A DNA stretch of 64,000 nt, from the NCBI GenBank assembly GCA_001805965.1, contig MHHG01000053.1, positions 1,512 through 65,511 on the forward strand. The letters run 5' to 3'. The notes below the pieces were generated by a model. It worked only from the letters and a program-made list of their open reading frames with translations, was not told the origin of the DNA and made no database searches. Below, piece by piece: positions 1 through 9,705 of this stretch. Positions within the stretch are counted from its first letter, which is position 1. Each line of letters opens with the position of its first letter. A program made the translations under genes and the position numbers. Origin of the DNA: Omnitrophica WOR_2 bacterium RIFOXYA2_FULL_38_17. GTDB lineage: Bacteria > Omnitrophota > Gorgyraeia > Zapsychrales > Zapsychraceae.

Positions 1-2895
1 GCCGCGCACAAACTTTAACACCGCCACTTGAGATAAAGGAATTTGGGCGCCTGTTTTCGTCGGAATAAGAACATCCTGTAAATCTTCTATTGAATCCCTT
101 AATTCTCGCGGGTATCGGGCTCTTACCGGATACCGTTCCCTGCCCTCAACCGTCGTGGTCAATTTGGCGCCGCCAATGGCGACTTCAATCACATCCTGGA
201 CATCCCGGATATTAATGCCGTATCGGGCGATTTTTTCACGGTCAATATTAAATTCGATATATGGCTTCCCTACAATACGGTCGGCAATAACCGCGCTTGG
301 CTCAACACCAGGAACATCTTTTAAAAATTTTTCAATCTGAAAACCAACATCCTCTATTTCTTGAAGGCTTTTGCCTAATACTTTTACGCCCATAGGCGCC
401 CTCATTCCCGACTGAAGCATGACAATCCTTGCAGCGATCGGCTGTAACTTCGGCGCCGATGTTGCCCCGGGAATATCGCCCGCCTTCAAAATTTCTTTCC
501 AGATGTCATCAGGCGTTTTAATGTGGCTTCGCCACAACCGCGGTCTTTTTCCTGTTTTAAGATCTTTTTCTCCGTATTCCGGTTTATAACTGATGACCGT
601 TTCTATCATAGAGATCGGCGCCATATCCAGAGGCGATTCAGTTCTTCCGAGTTTTCCCACAACCGATTCAACTTCGGGAATTTGACCGATGAGAATATCC
701 TGCTTTTGCAGCACGTCAAGGGCTTCTCCGATTGAGGCATGAGGCATAATTGTCGGCATATAAAGATATGACCCCTCATCTAACGGCGGCATAAATTCCT
801 TGCCTAGTCCTGGGAAGGCGTGATGAAGGAAACTGGCAGGCCATATCCGTAATACTGAAGATTCCTTGATACCAATACTGCCTAATGTCCCGGTAATAGG
901 TGAAATGACCTTCGCGAACCCCAGCCAAATAGTCATGCCGAAGATACATATCGACAAAGGAATCATCATAAATAAGCGTTTGCGGCTGAGGAAATACATT
1001 AAGATGTTAGGGTAGAACTTCATGAATTTGAAAAAGAAAACCATAAGCCCGGAAAGCAAGCTACCGACAAAGAGTAAGTTTAGAATAAAACCCTTGCCGA
1101 ATCCCAGCGGCATCCAGTAGTTGGTAAGAAAAATACCAACGAGTCCTATGGCAATCCAATTGGAATATTTTAAAAACAAATCTTTTATCCATGCGGGTAT
1201 CCGATTCTCAAAAATAAGATAAAAACTATATACCAAAATACCAAACCCGAGAATCAAAGACACTTTAAACCCAACAAAAGCGGCAACTGCGGCGATAATT
1301 ACTTTGAATTTTTGCTTTATCCCTTCAAGAGTTTTTTTTCTTTTGACAAAGAATATATGAGCCAATGCCGGAACAATTAAAAGCGCAATGATAACAGAGG
1401 CAAGGAGCGCGAAACTCTTGGTAAAAGCTAACGGCTTAAAAAGCTTTCCTTCCGGCCCGGTCATAGTAAACACTGCTAAAAACGAAACAATAGTCGTTGA
1501 AATCGCGGTTAAGATCGCCCCGCCAACTTCACTGGCTCCCCTATAAACAACAGCTAAAGGACTCTCTCCCTCTTTAGCTTCCTTCAAATGATTAATAATG
1601 TTCTCACACATAATAATGCCCATATCGACAATTGTGCCAATGGCAATAGCAATCCCGGCCAAGGACATAATATTGGCGTCGACCTTGAAAACCTTCATCA
1701 TGATAAAGGCCATAAGGACGGCTATCGGCAACGTAAATGAAATCACCAGAGAACTTCTCAGATGCATCAAAAACACAAGTATGACAATAATCGTAATCAG
1801 TATTTCCTGCGTAAGCGCTTCGCTTAAGGTTCCCAGTGTTTCTTTGATTAACCTTGTCCGATCATAAAAGGGGACTATCCTTACTTTTGATACTTTTCCG
1901 TCAGGAAGTATTTTTGTCGGTAACCCCTGTTCGATTTGGTCGATCTTTTTCTTAACATTTTTTATGGCTTCCATGGGATTGCCGCCATAACGCACCACAA
2001 CGATACCACCGACAGCTTCCGCGCCTTGTTTATCTAAAGCGCCTCTTCTTAACGCCGGGCCGAAGTTTACCTGACTGGCAACGTTCTTCACATAAATCGG
2101 AACGTTTTCATTTGTTTTTATAATAATATTTTCAATATCCTCAAGGCTTTTGACAAACCCGATACCGCGCACCACATATTCCGCCCTGTTAAATTCGATT
2201 GTCTTGGCGCCTACATCTATATTGGCTCTTTTAACCGCCATCATAATATCCTGTAACCCCACGCCGTAAGCGCGCATAGCATCAGGGTCGACATCAATCT
2301 GATATTCTTTGACATAACCGCCGACGGAAGCAACCTCGCTTATTCCTTCCGCTGATTGCAAAGAATACTTTACATACCAATCCTGAATAGAACGCAATTC
2401 ATCCAGGCTAAAACCTTCCCCTTCCAGGGTGTACCAAAATATCTGCCCCAGAGCCGTCGCGTCAGGGCCGATTACCGGGATAACTCCGTCAGGTAAATCT
2501 TTTTGCGCGCTGCTTAAACGTTCCAATAAACGTGACCGTGACCAATAGAAATCAACGCCTTCATTAAAGATCACGAAAATAGAGGAAAACCCAAAGGCCG
2601 AATAACTACGGATACTCTTAACACCCGGAATTCCCTGTAGCGATATCGCCAAAGGATAGGTTACCTGATCTTCCATGTCCTGCGGGGAGCGGCCCATCCA
2701 CTCGGTGAACACAATTTGTTGATTCTCGCCGATATCAGGAATCGCATCGACCGGAACTGGATCGCGGGGCATCAGGCTTTCAATTTTACCCGTCTCAAAG
2801 GGCATGACAGCAATCCCCCAAAGAATTATCCCGATGACGAACAACGCGGTGACTAACTTATTTTCCAGAAAATATTTTATAAGATTATTTAGCAT
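1..2895 (-). CDS. cusA: CusA/CzcA-family heavy-metal efflux RND permease (3' end beyond window)
   Basis: Not in the ORF track because it has no stop in the window. Manual translation from ATG 2895: MLNNLIKYFLENK...PVDAIPDIGENQQIVFTEWMGRSPQDMEDQVTYPL...GPDATALGQIFWYTL, and later GIAIAIGTIVDMGII. Lies directly downstream of cusB. Confidence 0.93.
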   Translation of the reverse strand, partial: MLNNLIKYFLENKLVTALFVIGIILWGIAVMPFETGKIESLMPRDPVPVDAIPDIGENQQIVFTEWMGRSPQDMEDQVTYPLAISLQGIPGVKSIRSYSAFGFSSIFVIFNEGVDFYWSRSRLLERLSSAQKDLPDGVIPVIGPDATALGQIFWYTLEGEGFSLDELRSIQDWYVKYSLQSAEGISEVASVGGYVKEYQIDVDPDAMRAYGVGLQDIMMAVKRANIDVGAKTIEFNRAEYVVRGIGFVKSLEDIENIIIKTNENVPIYVKNVASQVNFGPALRRGALDKQGAEAVGGIVVVRYGGNPMEAIKNVKKKIDQIEQGLPTKILPDGKVSKVRIVPFYDRTRLIKETLGTLSEALTQEILITIIVILVFLMHLRSSLVISFTLPIAVLMAFIMMKVFKVDANIMSLAGIAIAIGTIVDMGIIMCENIINHLKEAKEGESPLAVVYRGASEVGGAILTAISTTIVSFLAVFTMTGPEGKLFKPLAFTKSFALLASVIIALLIVPALAHIFFVKRKKTLEGIKQKFKVIIAAVAAFVGFKVSLILGFGILVYSFYLIFENRIPAWIKDLFLKYSNWIAIGLVGIFLTNYWMPLGFGKGFILNLLFVGSLLSGLMVFFFKFMKFYPNILMYFLSRKRLFMMIPLSICIFGMTIWLGFAKVISPITGTLGSIGIKESSVLRIWPASFLHHAFPGLGKEFMPPLDEGSYLYMPTIMPHASIGEALDVLQKQDILIGQIPEVESVVGKLGRTESPLDMAPISMIETVISYKPEYGEKDLKTGKRPRLWRSHIKTPDDIWKEILKAGDIPGATSAPKLQPIAARIVMLQSGMRAPMGVKVLGKSLQEIEDVGFQIEKFLKDVPGVEPSAVIADRIVGKPYIEFNIDREKIARYGINIRDVQDVIEVAIGGAKLTTTVEGRERYPVRARYPRELRDSIEDLQDVLIPTKTGAQIPLSQVAVLKFVRG

Positions 2896-2929
2896 AAATT
2901 CTCCCCATTAGAAGGCGTTCAATTCATAT

Positions 2930-4945
2930 TTAATGACCTTCATGGCCAGTTACAGGTTTTGTATCTATAATTTTTCTTCCAAACTCTTTTTTTATTTCAC
3001 CACACTTCAACATTTTGGCCCCAAAATAAGGATTATTAATTTCTTTTGAATCTTGAAGCCAGTATCCGCCTTTGTTATTAAAAGCCATCGAACAAAATAT
3101 CAAATACAATGTTGTATCTTCCTTGTATTCATATTTCTCAAAAATATTCATAAGATTGTCGGAAAGCCTAGAGAATTGGACTCTCAGAGAATCAAGATTA
3201 TGCTCAATCATGTCTAATCCTGCCTTTAATTGGTTTATATCTGCGGCAATTCCTTCCGTTTCGCCTTCCAATGAATTTCCTGAGATAATCCGGGAAATTT
3301 GGCCGCGGAATTTTTCAAGCTCGCCCGCCGCAACATGCGGATTATCCTCAGACAAGCCTTTTGCAGTAGATAAATAGTAAGGCAAAGCTGGGGCTAATAT
3401 ACCCGCGTTTTCACTTAGCGTTGCGCCGTCCTGAGTCAAAACATTTTCTGTCTCGCTGTAATATCCTGCCGGATTCATCATGCTCGGCTTTGCCTGAATC
3501 TGAAGAGCGCTGTCAATTTTAAAATTCCCCTTCGATACAACACGCTCTCCTTCATTTAATCCTGAAAGAACAATGTAATGATCGCCGGCGCGCGGCCCAA
3601 GAATTACCTCGCGGCCTTCATATCGTTTTGCAGTAGCTTTATTAGTTTTATTTTCAACATAAACAACAGCTCTCTTCCCTGTAATTAAAGGTGCTGTTTT
3701 CGGGATAACAAGAACCTGTCTTTTTACGGTCGGTTTTTCAGCAAAACCGAACTCGCTCGTTTTGATCAGATCCATACCGCAAATATCACATGGTTCCTGC
3801 TTCTCTTTTATAATATCCGGATGCATCGGACAGATCCACTTACCGGCTAAATCCTCTTCATAAATTTTCCCGCCTTCGCCCAAGACCGCCTGTATTGTTG
3901 TCCGCACAAACATGCCCGGCTTAAGCTTTTCCCCGGTATTATCCACGTTTACTCTTAATTTTATTGTTCTTGTTTTCTCATCAACGAACGGTTCAATGAA
4001 CGCAATTTTGCCATGAAAGACTTCTCCCGGAAAACTCCCTGCTTCGACTTTAACGTTCTGGCCGTAATGCAGCCATTGAATATCGCTTTCATACGCGTCC
4101 AGAAATAACCAAACCCTGCCTAAATCCGCGATAGTATAAATTTGGTCTCCCGTTTTAACATACATCCCTTCAAAACCGTTCTTATGAATAACAGTGCCTG
4201 TAACAGGTGAAGTTATGGTCATATGCTCATCCGGGGTCCCGCGCTTCACAATCTCGTCGATTTGCTGCTCATCGATACCATATAACCTTAATTTTTCTTT
4301 AGAGCTGTTAAGCGTTGTTTTTGCCGTATCCCGAATTACACTTAATTGGCTATCCTTGGAGTCCTGTAAATTTTTGATCGCCTGTAAATATTCTTCCTGC
4401 GCTGACAACAACTCCGGGCTGTATAATTTAGTGAGGTGGTCGCCTTTTCTCACCTTTGTTCCCGTAAAATCAACAAAGAGCCTGTCAATACGTCCGGAGG
4501 TCCATGCGCTGATGTAGTAAAGGCGCGTCTCATCATAATCAACTTTTCCAACCAGCCTGACCTCGTTTGAAACTTCCTGATATTTAACTTCTGTTGTCTC
4601 AATTTCAGCTAATTTCTGAGCGGATTCACTAAGCGTCAAAGAAACTTCAGATCCTCCTTCGCTTTCCAAGCCACCATCGTAAACAGGAATAAGATCCATC
4701 GCACAAATTGGACATAATCCTTTTTTGGGAAGCTTTATTTGAGGGTGCATAGAACATGTCCAATACAATATTTTCTTTTCCTGTGAACTCCCAGCCATAT
4801 TGTGCCCTGCATGAATATCACCTGATTTGGAGGAACGTCCTGGTAGTATATTAGCGATAACAAGACCAGCTATAATTCCAAGCGCAACTAATCTCCAATG
4901 TTTTTTGCTCTCATTTAAGATCTCATTTTTAAAATTCTTCAACAT
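2930..4945 (-). CDS. cusB: CusB-family RND periplasmic adaptor with two CxMHP heavy-metal-binding domains and a C-terminal DUF3347-like domain
   Basis: YWTCSMHPQI..CPICAMDL and WICPMHP..CDICGMDL; MFP core (LYSPELLSAQEEY, LKPGMFV); C-terminal CSMAFNNKGGYWLQ..NPYFG..MLKCG. Confidence 0.92.
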   Translation of the reverse strand: MLKNFKNEILNESKKHWRLVALGIIAGLVIANILPGRSSKSGDIHAGHNMAGSSQEKKILYWTCSMHPQIKLPKKGLCPICAMDLIPVYDGGLESEGGSEVSLTLSESAQKLAEIETTEVKYQEVSNEVRLVGKVDYDETRLYYISAWTSGRIDRLFVDFTGTKVRKGDHLTKLYSPELLSAQEEYLQAIKNLQDSKDSQLSVIRDTAKTTLNSSKEKLRLYGIDEQQIDEIVKRGTPDEHMTITSPVTGTVIHKNGFEGMYVKTGDQIYTIADLGRVWLFLDAYESDIQWLHYGQNVKVEAGSFPGEVFHGKIAFIEPFVDEKTRTIKLRVNVDNTGEKLKPGMFVRTTIQAVLGEGGKIYEEDLAGKWICPMHPDIIKEKQEPCDICGMDLIKTSEFGFAEKPTVKRQVLVIPKTAPLITGKRAVVYVENKTNKATAKRYEGREVILGPRAGDHYIVLSGLNEGERVVSKGNFKIDSALQIQAKPSMMNPAGYYSETENVLTQDGATLSENAGILAPALPYYLSTAKGLSEDNPHVAAGELEKFRGQISRIISGNSLEGETEGIAADINQLKAGLDMIEHNLDSLRVQFSRLSDNLMNIFEKYEYKEDTTLYLIFCSMAFNNKGGYWLQDSKEINNPYFGAKMLKCGEIKKEFGRKIIDTKPVTGHEGH

Positions 4946-4986
4946 GATTTTTCTCCCTTTTATTAGAGGATAAAATATTCACTTTA

Positions 4987-6348
4987 TTAATTATCCCTAT
5001 CAATTTTTCCTAACAAACTTTGCAATTCAGATAAACGCTGATGAAAATTTGCGTTAAAACGATAGTAAGCTAACTGAAAATTAAACAGAACTCTCTGCGC
5101 ATCTATCAAAGACAAAAACTCCACTTTCCCACTTTCATATCCGGATTGTGTAGCATTTAATGCCTGGGATGCCTTCGGCAATAATGCATCTTTATATAAC
5201 TGAGACTGTCTTAGCGCATCTCGCAACTTGTAATGAACAAGGGCCAATTGTGAAAACAGTTCATTCTCTTTATTCTCTAAATAATTCTCTGATGCATTTA
5301 ATGATGCCTTTGCATCTTGAACTCCAGCGTTCAAACGATTGAACCATATCGGTACGTTAACCGAAAACATTACCATTAAAGGATCTTTGCCACTGTCAAC
5401 AGTACTTGAATTAAGTGCATCTCCTGTATCGATCTGTGTAACCCCGACTGTAAGATCAGGAAAATATTCTCTCTTGGCAAGCTTTAAAGCATCTTTATTT
5501 TCCTCAACCTTGCTAGACGATGCTAAAATTTCCGGATTCTCTTCTTTTAGAACATCGTATAAGTCATCTACCTCTTTGTATCTTTCCTGCATCACAGCAT
5601 CTTCTAAAGATTCATTTGGCCAAGGTAAAAGATTATTTTTAGGCAAGTTCAATAACGCATTCAATCTAGATACCAACGGCAACTGCATATCCCTTAGGCT
5701 ATAAAGATCATTCTCGAGCCTGCCGAGCTCTACCTGCACTTTTAATAGGTCTTGATTTTGAGCTAAGGCTGATTTATATCTCGCTTGCGCAACGCTTTCA
5801 AAATTTTTCAAAAGCTTTATATTCTCTTCCATCAAAAGTATCGCCTTGCTTAAATAAGCATATTCATAATAAACATCCGTTATCTTGTAAACAAGCTCCA
5901 GCTGGTTTTTTTGGAAGTTATAATACGCTTCTTCCGAGGCTTTAAAAGCCTTACTTTTACGTATCCAAAGCTTATCTGGCAGCGGTAATTCTTGATTTAT
6001 AGAGAAGGTTCTTTCTTGCGGGACAACTCGGGTCTCTACTTCATAGGTGAACTGCGGATCAGAAAGAGAAGATTCTTTTGAAATCTTCTTAAATGAAGAT
6101 TTCCATTTATAGAATTCCGACCTGAGGCCAGGATTATTCTTAAGGCCGATCCTGATATAATCCTCCAATTTTGCATTCTTATCTATAATAAAGTTTTCAT
6201 TTTTTTCATTTTCATGCACTAAATGCTCTTCAGCTATTAGCTGTTTTTTTCTTTCTTTGATACTAACAACATCGGCATAAGAAAAACCTATTTGCAGGCT
6301 TATCAATGCAAAAGCTATGAAACTGATCTTAACTCTTTGTGAGAACAT
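4987..6348 (-). CDS. TolC/CusC-family outer-membrane efflux protein
   Basis: Signal peptide; OEP repeats (YFPDLTVG, YESGKVEFLSLIDAQR); upstream of cusB. Confidence 0.9.
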   Translation of the reverse strand: MFSQRVKISFIAFALISLQIGFSYADVVSIKERKKQLIAEEHLVHENEKNENFIIDKNAKLEDYIRIGLKNNPGLRSEFYKWKSSFKKISKESSLSDPQFTYEVETRVVPQERTFSINQELPLPDKLWIRKSKAFKASEEAYYNFQKNQLELVYKITDVYYEYAYLSKAILLMEENIKLLKNFESVAQARYKSALAQNQDLLKVQVELGRLENDLYSLRDMQLPLVSRLNALLNLPKNNLLPWPNESLEDAVMQERYKEVDDLYDVLKEENPEILASSSKVEENKDALKLAKREYFPDLTVGVTQIDTGDALNSSTVDSGKDPLMVMFSVNVPIWFNRLNAGVQDAKASLNASENYLENKENELFSQLALVHYKLRDALRQSQLYKDALLPKASQALNATQSGYESGKVEFLSLIDAQRVLFNFQLAYYRFNANFHQRLSELQSLLGKIDRDN

Positions 6349-6586
6349 TCATCTTCTCCTTGTTGAAATTTTTTATTCTTTCTAACTTATTAACTATGAT
6401 TGTGTTACAAACAAATTTTGTTTATTATACCCCCATATTATTAATAATCCTATTATTAAAACAATCCCGCTTTGTTGTTGTAATTTTCGATTATACTTAT
6501 CATTGCTGAACTCCTTGTTAAAAATTCCTTTTACTAAGAATTTTTTTTCAAAAGCAATAAACAGAATCAACAAATTTTTGAATTTA

Positions 6587-7000
6587 TTAAATGCGGAGTA
6601 CAGCGTTTTGCAGATAAATGGGGGGATCACTCTTGACTAGTAGATAAGATATCATAAAATAATGCTTATTCATAAATTCCGTGTTAGATATTATTGCTTG
6701 TACAGATAAAGAAAGCGTCTTATCCGAAAAGCTAACAGAAGAACTTCTGAAATTAGAAATACTAAATCCTTCATCAGCTAAAATACCTGCAACTTTTTCA
6801 CAACCACATTCTTTATGCTCTTTTGAATCTGCTTTGTTAGTTTTAGCAGAGCAGCATTTATTTCCATCAGTGCCATTTTGTCCAGTTTTATAATGTAACT
6901 CTGCTTTCGCTATTCCTGTTAAGCAGCAACAAAAAACAGACACAAAGGAAAGAAAAAGGATTAAAACAAAAACTGTCATCTTTTTCATGGATTTTACCAT
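6587..7000 (-). CDS. Cys-rich small exported/membrane protein preceding the efflux operon
   Basis: N-terminal hydrophobic helix followed by CCC, CC and CGC motifs; C-terminal PPIYLQNAVLRI; 1-nt gap after csoR. Confidence 0.7.
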   Translation of the reverse strand: MVKSMKKMTVFVLILFLSFVSVFCCCLTGIAKAELHYKTGQNGTDGNKCCSAKTNKADSKEHKECGCEKVAGILADEGFSISNFRSSSVSFSDKTLSLSVQAIISNTEFMNKHYFMISYLLVKSDPPIYLQNAVLRI

Positions 7001-7001
7001 T

Positions 7002-7286
7002 TTAAGCCTTCCTTCTAAACTTTTTTATTAAAGCAAGCATTTCATTGATCTTTTTTTGCTTTTCATCCTCAGACTTTCCTTTCAAAGCATTTGTCACGCA
7101 CATGTTAAGATGCTTTTCAAGAATATTATCCTGAACTCTCAATAATGCCCCAACAACTGACGCAGTTTGTGTTAACACATCGACACAATATCTGTTCTCT
7201 TCTATCATCTTTTGGATACCGCGTATCTGTCCTTCTATACGCCTAAGCGAGTTCAACTGATCTCTGTGACAGGGGTTCTTTGACAT
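7002..7286 (-). CDS. csoR: CsoR/RcnR-family metal-sensing repressor
   Basis: LRRIEGQIRGIQKMIEENRYCVDVL...HLNMCV, i.e. the Cys/His/Cys Cu(I) fingerprint. Confidence 0.92.
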   Translation of the reverse strand: MSKNPCHRDQLNSLRRIEGQIRGIQKMIEENRYCVDVLTQTASVVGALLRVQDNILEKHLNMCVTNALKGKSEDEKQKKINEMLALIKKFRRKA

Positions 7287-7306
7287 AGCTATTGTTCCTC
7301 AGAAAA

Positions 7307-7336
7307 AGAATAGCATACCCCCCTAGGGTATGTCAA
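7307..7336 (-). promoter_or_regulatory. sigma70 promoter of csoR with a CsoR operator in the spacer
   Basis: Minus strand TTGACA (7336-7331), 18 nt, then TG-c-TATTCT. The inverted repeat CATACCC-cccta-GGGTATG (7314-7332) has the C/G tracts typical of CsoR operators. Confidence 0.85.
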
Positions 7337-7350
7337 GGTGTAAATGTTTT

Positions 7351-7971
7351 TCAAATAACATAACCGTATTTTTCCTTCAAAAGTGTCAAGTCATCAAGAG
7401 TATCAACATCAAAACTCTCCTTTAAAACCCCGACACTCATTCCAATATCACTAGCATTACGCAGCACCTGTTCAAATACCTTGTCAGTGCTCCAATCGAT
7501 TTTCTCAAAGATCTTTTCGTTGAATTCCTTCATCCCTAAAAGGTAGTACCCCCCGTCAACTGAAGGGCCTATCACTAAATCATTATTTTCTAAAAACTGC
7601 ATTGCCTGATTTATCATATCATTGTCAATCAGAGGATTATCAGTACCAATTACAACCACTTTTCGTGCCCCAGCTTTAAAAGCCTCTTTAAAGGCATTAG
7701 CCTGCCGCGCTCCAAGGCACAAACCTTCCTGTGCAAAATACTTTTCATTTGTGCCTAGCCATTCTGAGATCTCTTTCCCTTTTTGTCTCGGAGTAAATAT
7801 AATTTGCCTAGTATAATTAAATGACCTTGTGTTTTTAATAACAGTTTCAACAAAGCCTTTATAGTAAAAAGCCGCCAGCTTTTCTCCAATTGAACTAGCA
7901 AGCCTGGTCTTAACCTTACCAGCTTCAGGATATTTTAAAAATATCATTAAAACATTATCTGTTGCTTCCAC
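7351..7971 (-). CDS. DUF2064/TIGR04282-type glycosyltransferase (ArsS-associated)
   Basis: KYPEAGKVKTRLA, IGTDNP, GPSVDGGYYLLG, DVDTLDDL. Confidence 0.88.
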   Translation of the reverse strand: MEATDNVLMIFLKYPEAGKVKTRLASSIGEKLAAFYYKGFVETVIKNTRSFNYTRQIIFTPRQKGKEISEWLGTNEKYFAQEGLCLGARQANAFKEAFKAGARKVVVIGTDNPLIDNDMINQAMQFLENNDLVIGPSVDGGYYLLGMKEFNEKIFEKIDWSTDKVFEQVLRNASDIGMSVGVLKESFDVDTLDDLTLLKEKYGYVI

Positions 7972-8035
7972 AAATAATACCTTTATTTATTCAATAGCTA
8001 GCCCTATTGCAATACTTAACCTTAGCTTAAACTTA

Positions 8036-9013
8036 TTAATTCTCTTGTGTTAATACCCCCTGACAACTAGATCCACTTCCGGCCATACATGACAAACAAT
8101 GTTCACCTAAGATGATCTCATTTCCTTCTATAGAGTCAGATTCAAGACCTTTGATGGTCAAGCAAACCCCTTCATTATTCTTAAGAGATAAACCCAGGGC
8201 CTGATTAAAGTCACAATCATAGATCTTTCCATCGTAAGCAACGCTCAAATATGTCCTGCACATAATATTACCAATAATTTCAGGATTAAAACTATCTTTA
8301 AGCAAAGTCCTGTATTTAATGTATTCACCTTTAGATTCCAGATAATTTTTAAAACGCTTAATTGGCACATTGGTAATTGTTATCAATCTATTAAAATTGA
8401 CCCCATGTTCGCTGTTCAATATTTTCTTATAAGCTTTTTCAAGATCTTCCTGGCTTGGCGGCAAGATTGCCCCAACAGGATTGTAAACCAGGTCCAGCAA
8501 TAAACCTTTCTTATTCGCAAAACCCAGTTCATTAAGTATCTTTAAAGCAACTATGCTCTTCTTAAAAACATTGATTCCTCTCTGCGAATCAACGTTCTGC
8601 TGCAAATAACAAGGCATTGAACATATCAAATGAACATTGTATTTTTTGAAGAATTCAGGAAAATGCTTGTATTTCTCACCAATCAAAACTGTTAGGTTCG
8701 ATCGAACTATCAGCTCATCAACCAAGCCGCGGGCTTTCTCAACAAAATATTCAAAGTTAGGGTTCATTTCAGGTGCTCCCCCTGTAATATCCAATGTCTT
8801 CATTTTATGCCAGGATAAGAATCCCAGGATGTCATTTATCACTTCTTTAGACATAATGTTCTTTCCATCAGGTGACGCCTCAATATGACAATGAACACAG
8901 CTCTGATTGCATAGATTTCCCAGATTGACCTGAAGCGTCGTTATTTTGCCTCGCAACAAACTATCACTATGTTCAAGATCATGCTCTCTTAACTTATTTA
9001 TAAATGCATCCAC
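8036..9013 (-). CDS. arsS: ArsS-family radical SAM protein (arsenosugar biosynthesis-type)
   Basis: LQVNLGNLCNQSCVHCH, DITGGAPEMNP, MCRTYLSV..DG.IYDCDFNQ, HCLSCMAGSGSSCQG; flanked by both associated glycosyltransferases. Confidence 0.85.
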   Translation of the reverse strand: MDAFINKLREHDLEHSDSLLRGKITTLQVNLGNLCNQSCVHCHIEASPDGKNIMSKEVINDILGFLSWHKMKTLDITGGAPEMNPNFEYFVEKARGLVDELIVRSNLTVLIGEKYKHFPEFFKKYNVHLICSMPCYLQQNVDSQRGINVFKKSIVALKILNELGFANKKGLLLDLVYNPVGAILPPSQEDLEKAYKKILNSEHGVNFNRLITITNVPIKRFKNYLESKGEYIKYRTLLKDSFNPEIIGNIMCRTYLSVAYDGKIYDCDFNQALGLSLKNNEGVCLTIKGLESDSIEGNEIILGEHCLSCMAGSGSSCQGVLTQEN

Positions 9014-9026
9014 TAAACTTACCCCC

Positions 9027-9701
9027 TTATTGGTTCGATTTTGAAGTTGCAGATCTTATTTTTCTTTGCAGTTTGTACAAAACAATAAATATCAATATTC
9101 CTACTGCCACCATCCATAAATTTCTAGGGTCAAAAAGTGCTTTGATAAGCGACGACCCAAAAAACACAAAGGCAAATGAACCAGGCATAATGCCTATCAG
9201 CGTAGCAATAAAATAATCTTTGAAACTTACCTTTGTTAACCCCAAACTTAAATTCTGGACATCCCAAGGCAAATTTGGAATTAGCCTGATAAGCAAGACC
9301 GTTAGAAAGCCATGCTTCTCGATCTTTTCATCAAGATCATGCATCTTTCCTTTTAAATGTTTTTCAACTACCGCTCTACCTAAATACCTCGCAAATAAAA
9401 ACTCAACCGTTGAAGAAATATTTGCTGCGATCTGCAGATAAAGAAATCCGACTAAAGGTCCCCAAATAACCCCGGCTGAAGCAGATAGCACCCCTGCGGG
9501 AAAAAGTATCAAGGGCCTAAGGACGTAAACAAGCACATAGATAACAGGTCCCCAACCACCAAGGGTTTCGACCCAATGCTTAAATTCTTCCTCACTCACC
9601 TTTGAAAGATCAATATTAAGAAATCTAGAGCCCAAAAACAGTACCAAGAGGACAGCAATAATCAGTAAAATCTTTACCCAAGGATTTTTTAAAGCACGCA
9701 T
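9027..9701 (-). CDS. TVP38/TMEM64 (DedA/VTT) membrane protein
   Basis: Multi-TM; LIRLIPNLPWDVQN..GLT, ATLIGIMPG. Confidence 0.88.
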   Translation of the reverse strand: MRALKNPWVKILLIIAVLLVLFLGSRFLNIDLSKVSEEEFKHWVETLGGWGPVIYVLVYVLRPLILFPAGVLSASAGVIWGPLVGFLYLQIAANISSTVEFLFARYLGRAVVEKHLKGKMHDLDEKIEKHGFLTVLLIRLIPNLPWDVQNLSLGLTKVSFKDYFIATLIGIMPGSFAFVFFGSSLIKALFDPRNLWMVAVGILIFIVLYKLQRKIRSATSKSNQ

Positions 9702-9705
9702 ATGC

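Noticed and set aside
6394-6630. 78-aa ORF between the Cys-rich gene and the TolC gene
   Set aside because: Overlaps the upstream gene, very AT-rich, no recognisable features; more likely regulatory DNA.
8036-8110. Selenocysteine at the ArsS C-terminus
   Set aside because: The SSC codon is TGT (Cys) and the ORF ends at TAA; no in-frame TGA.
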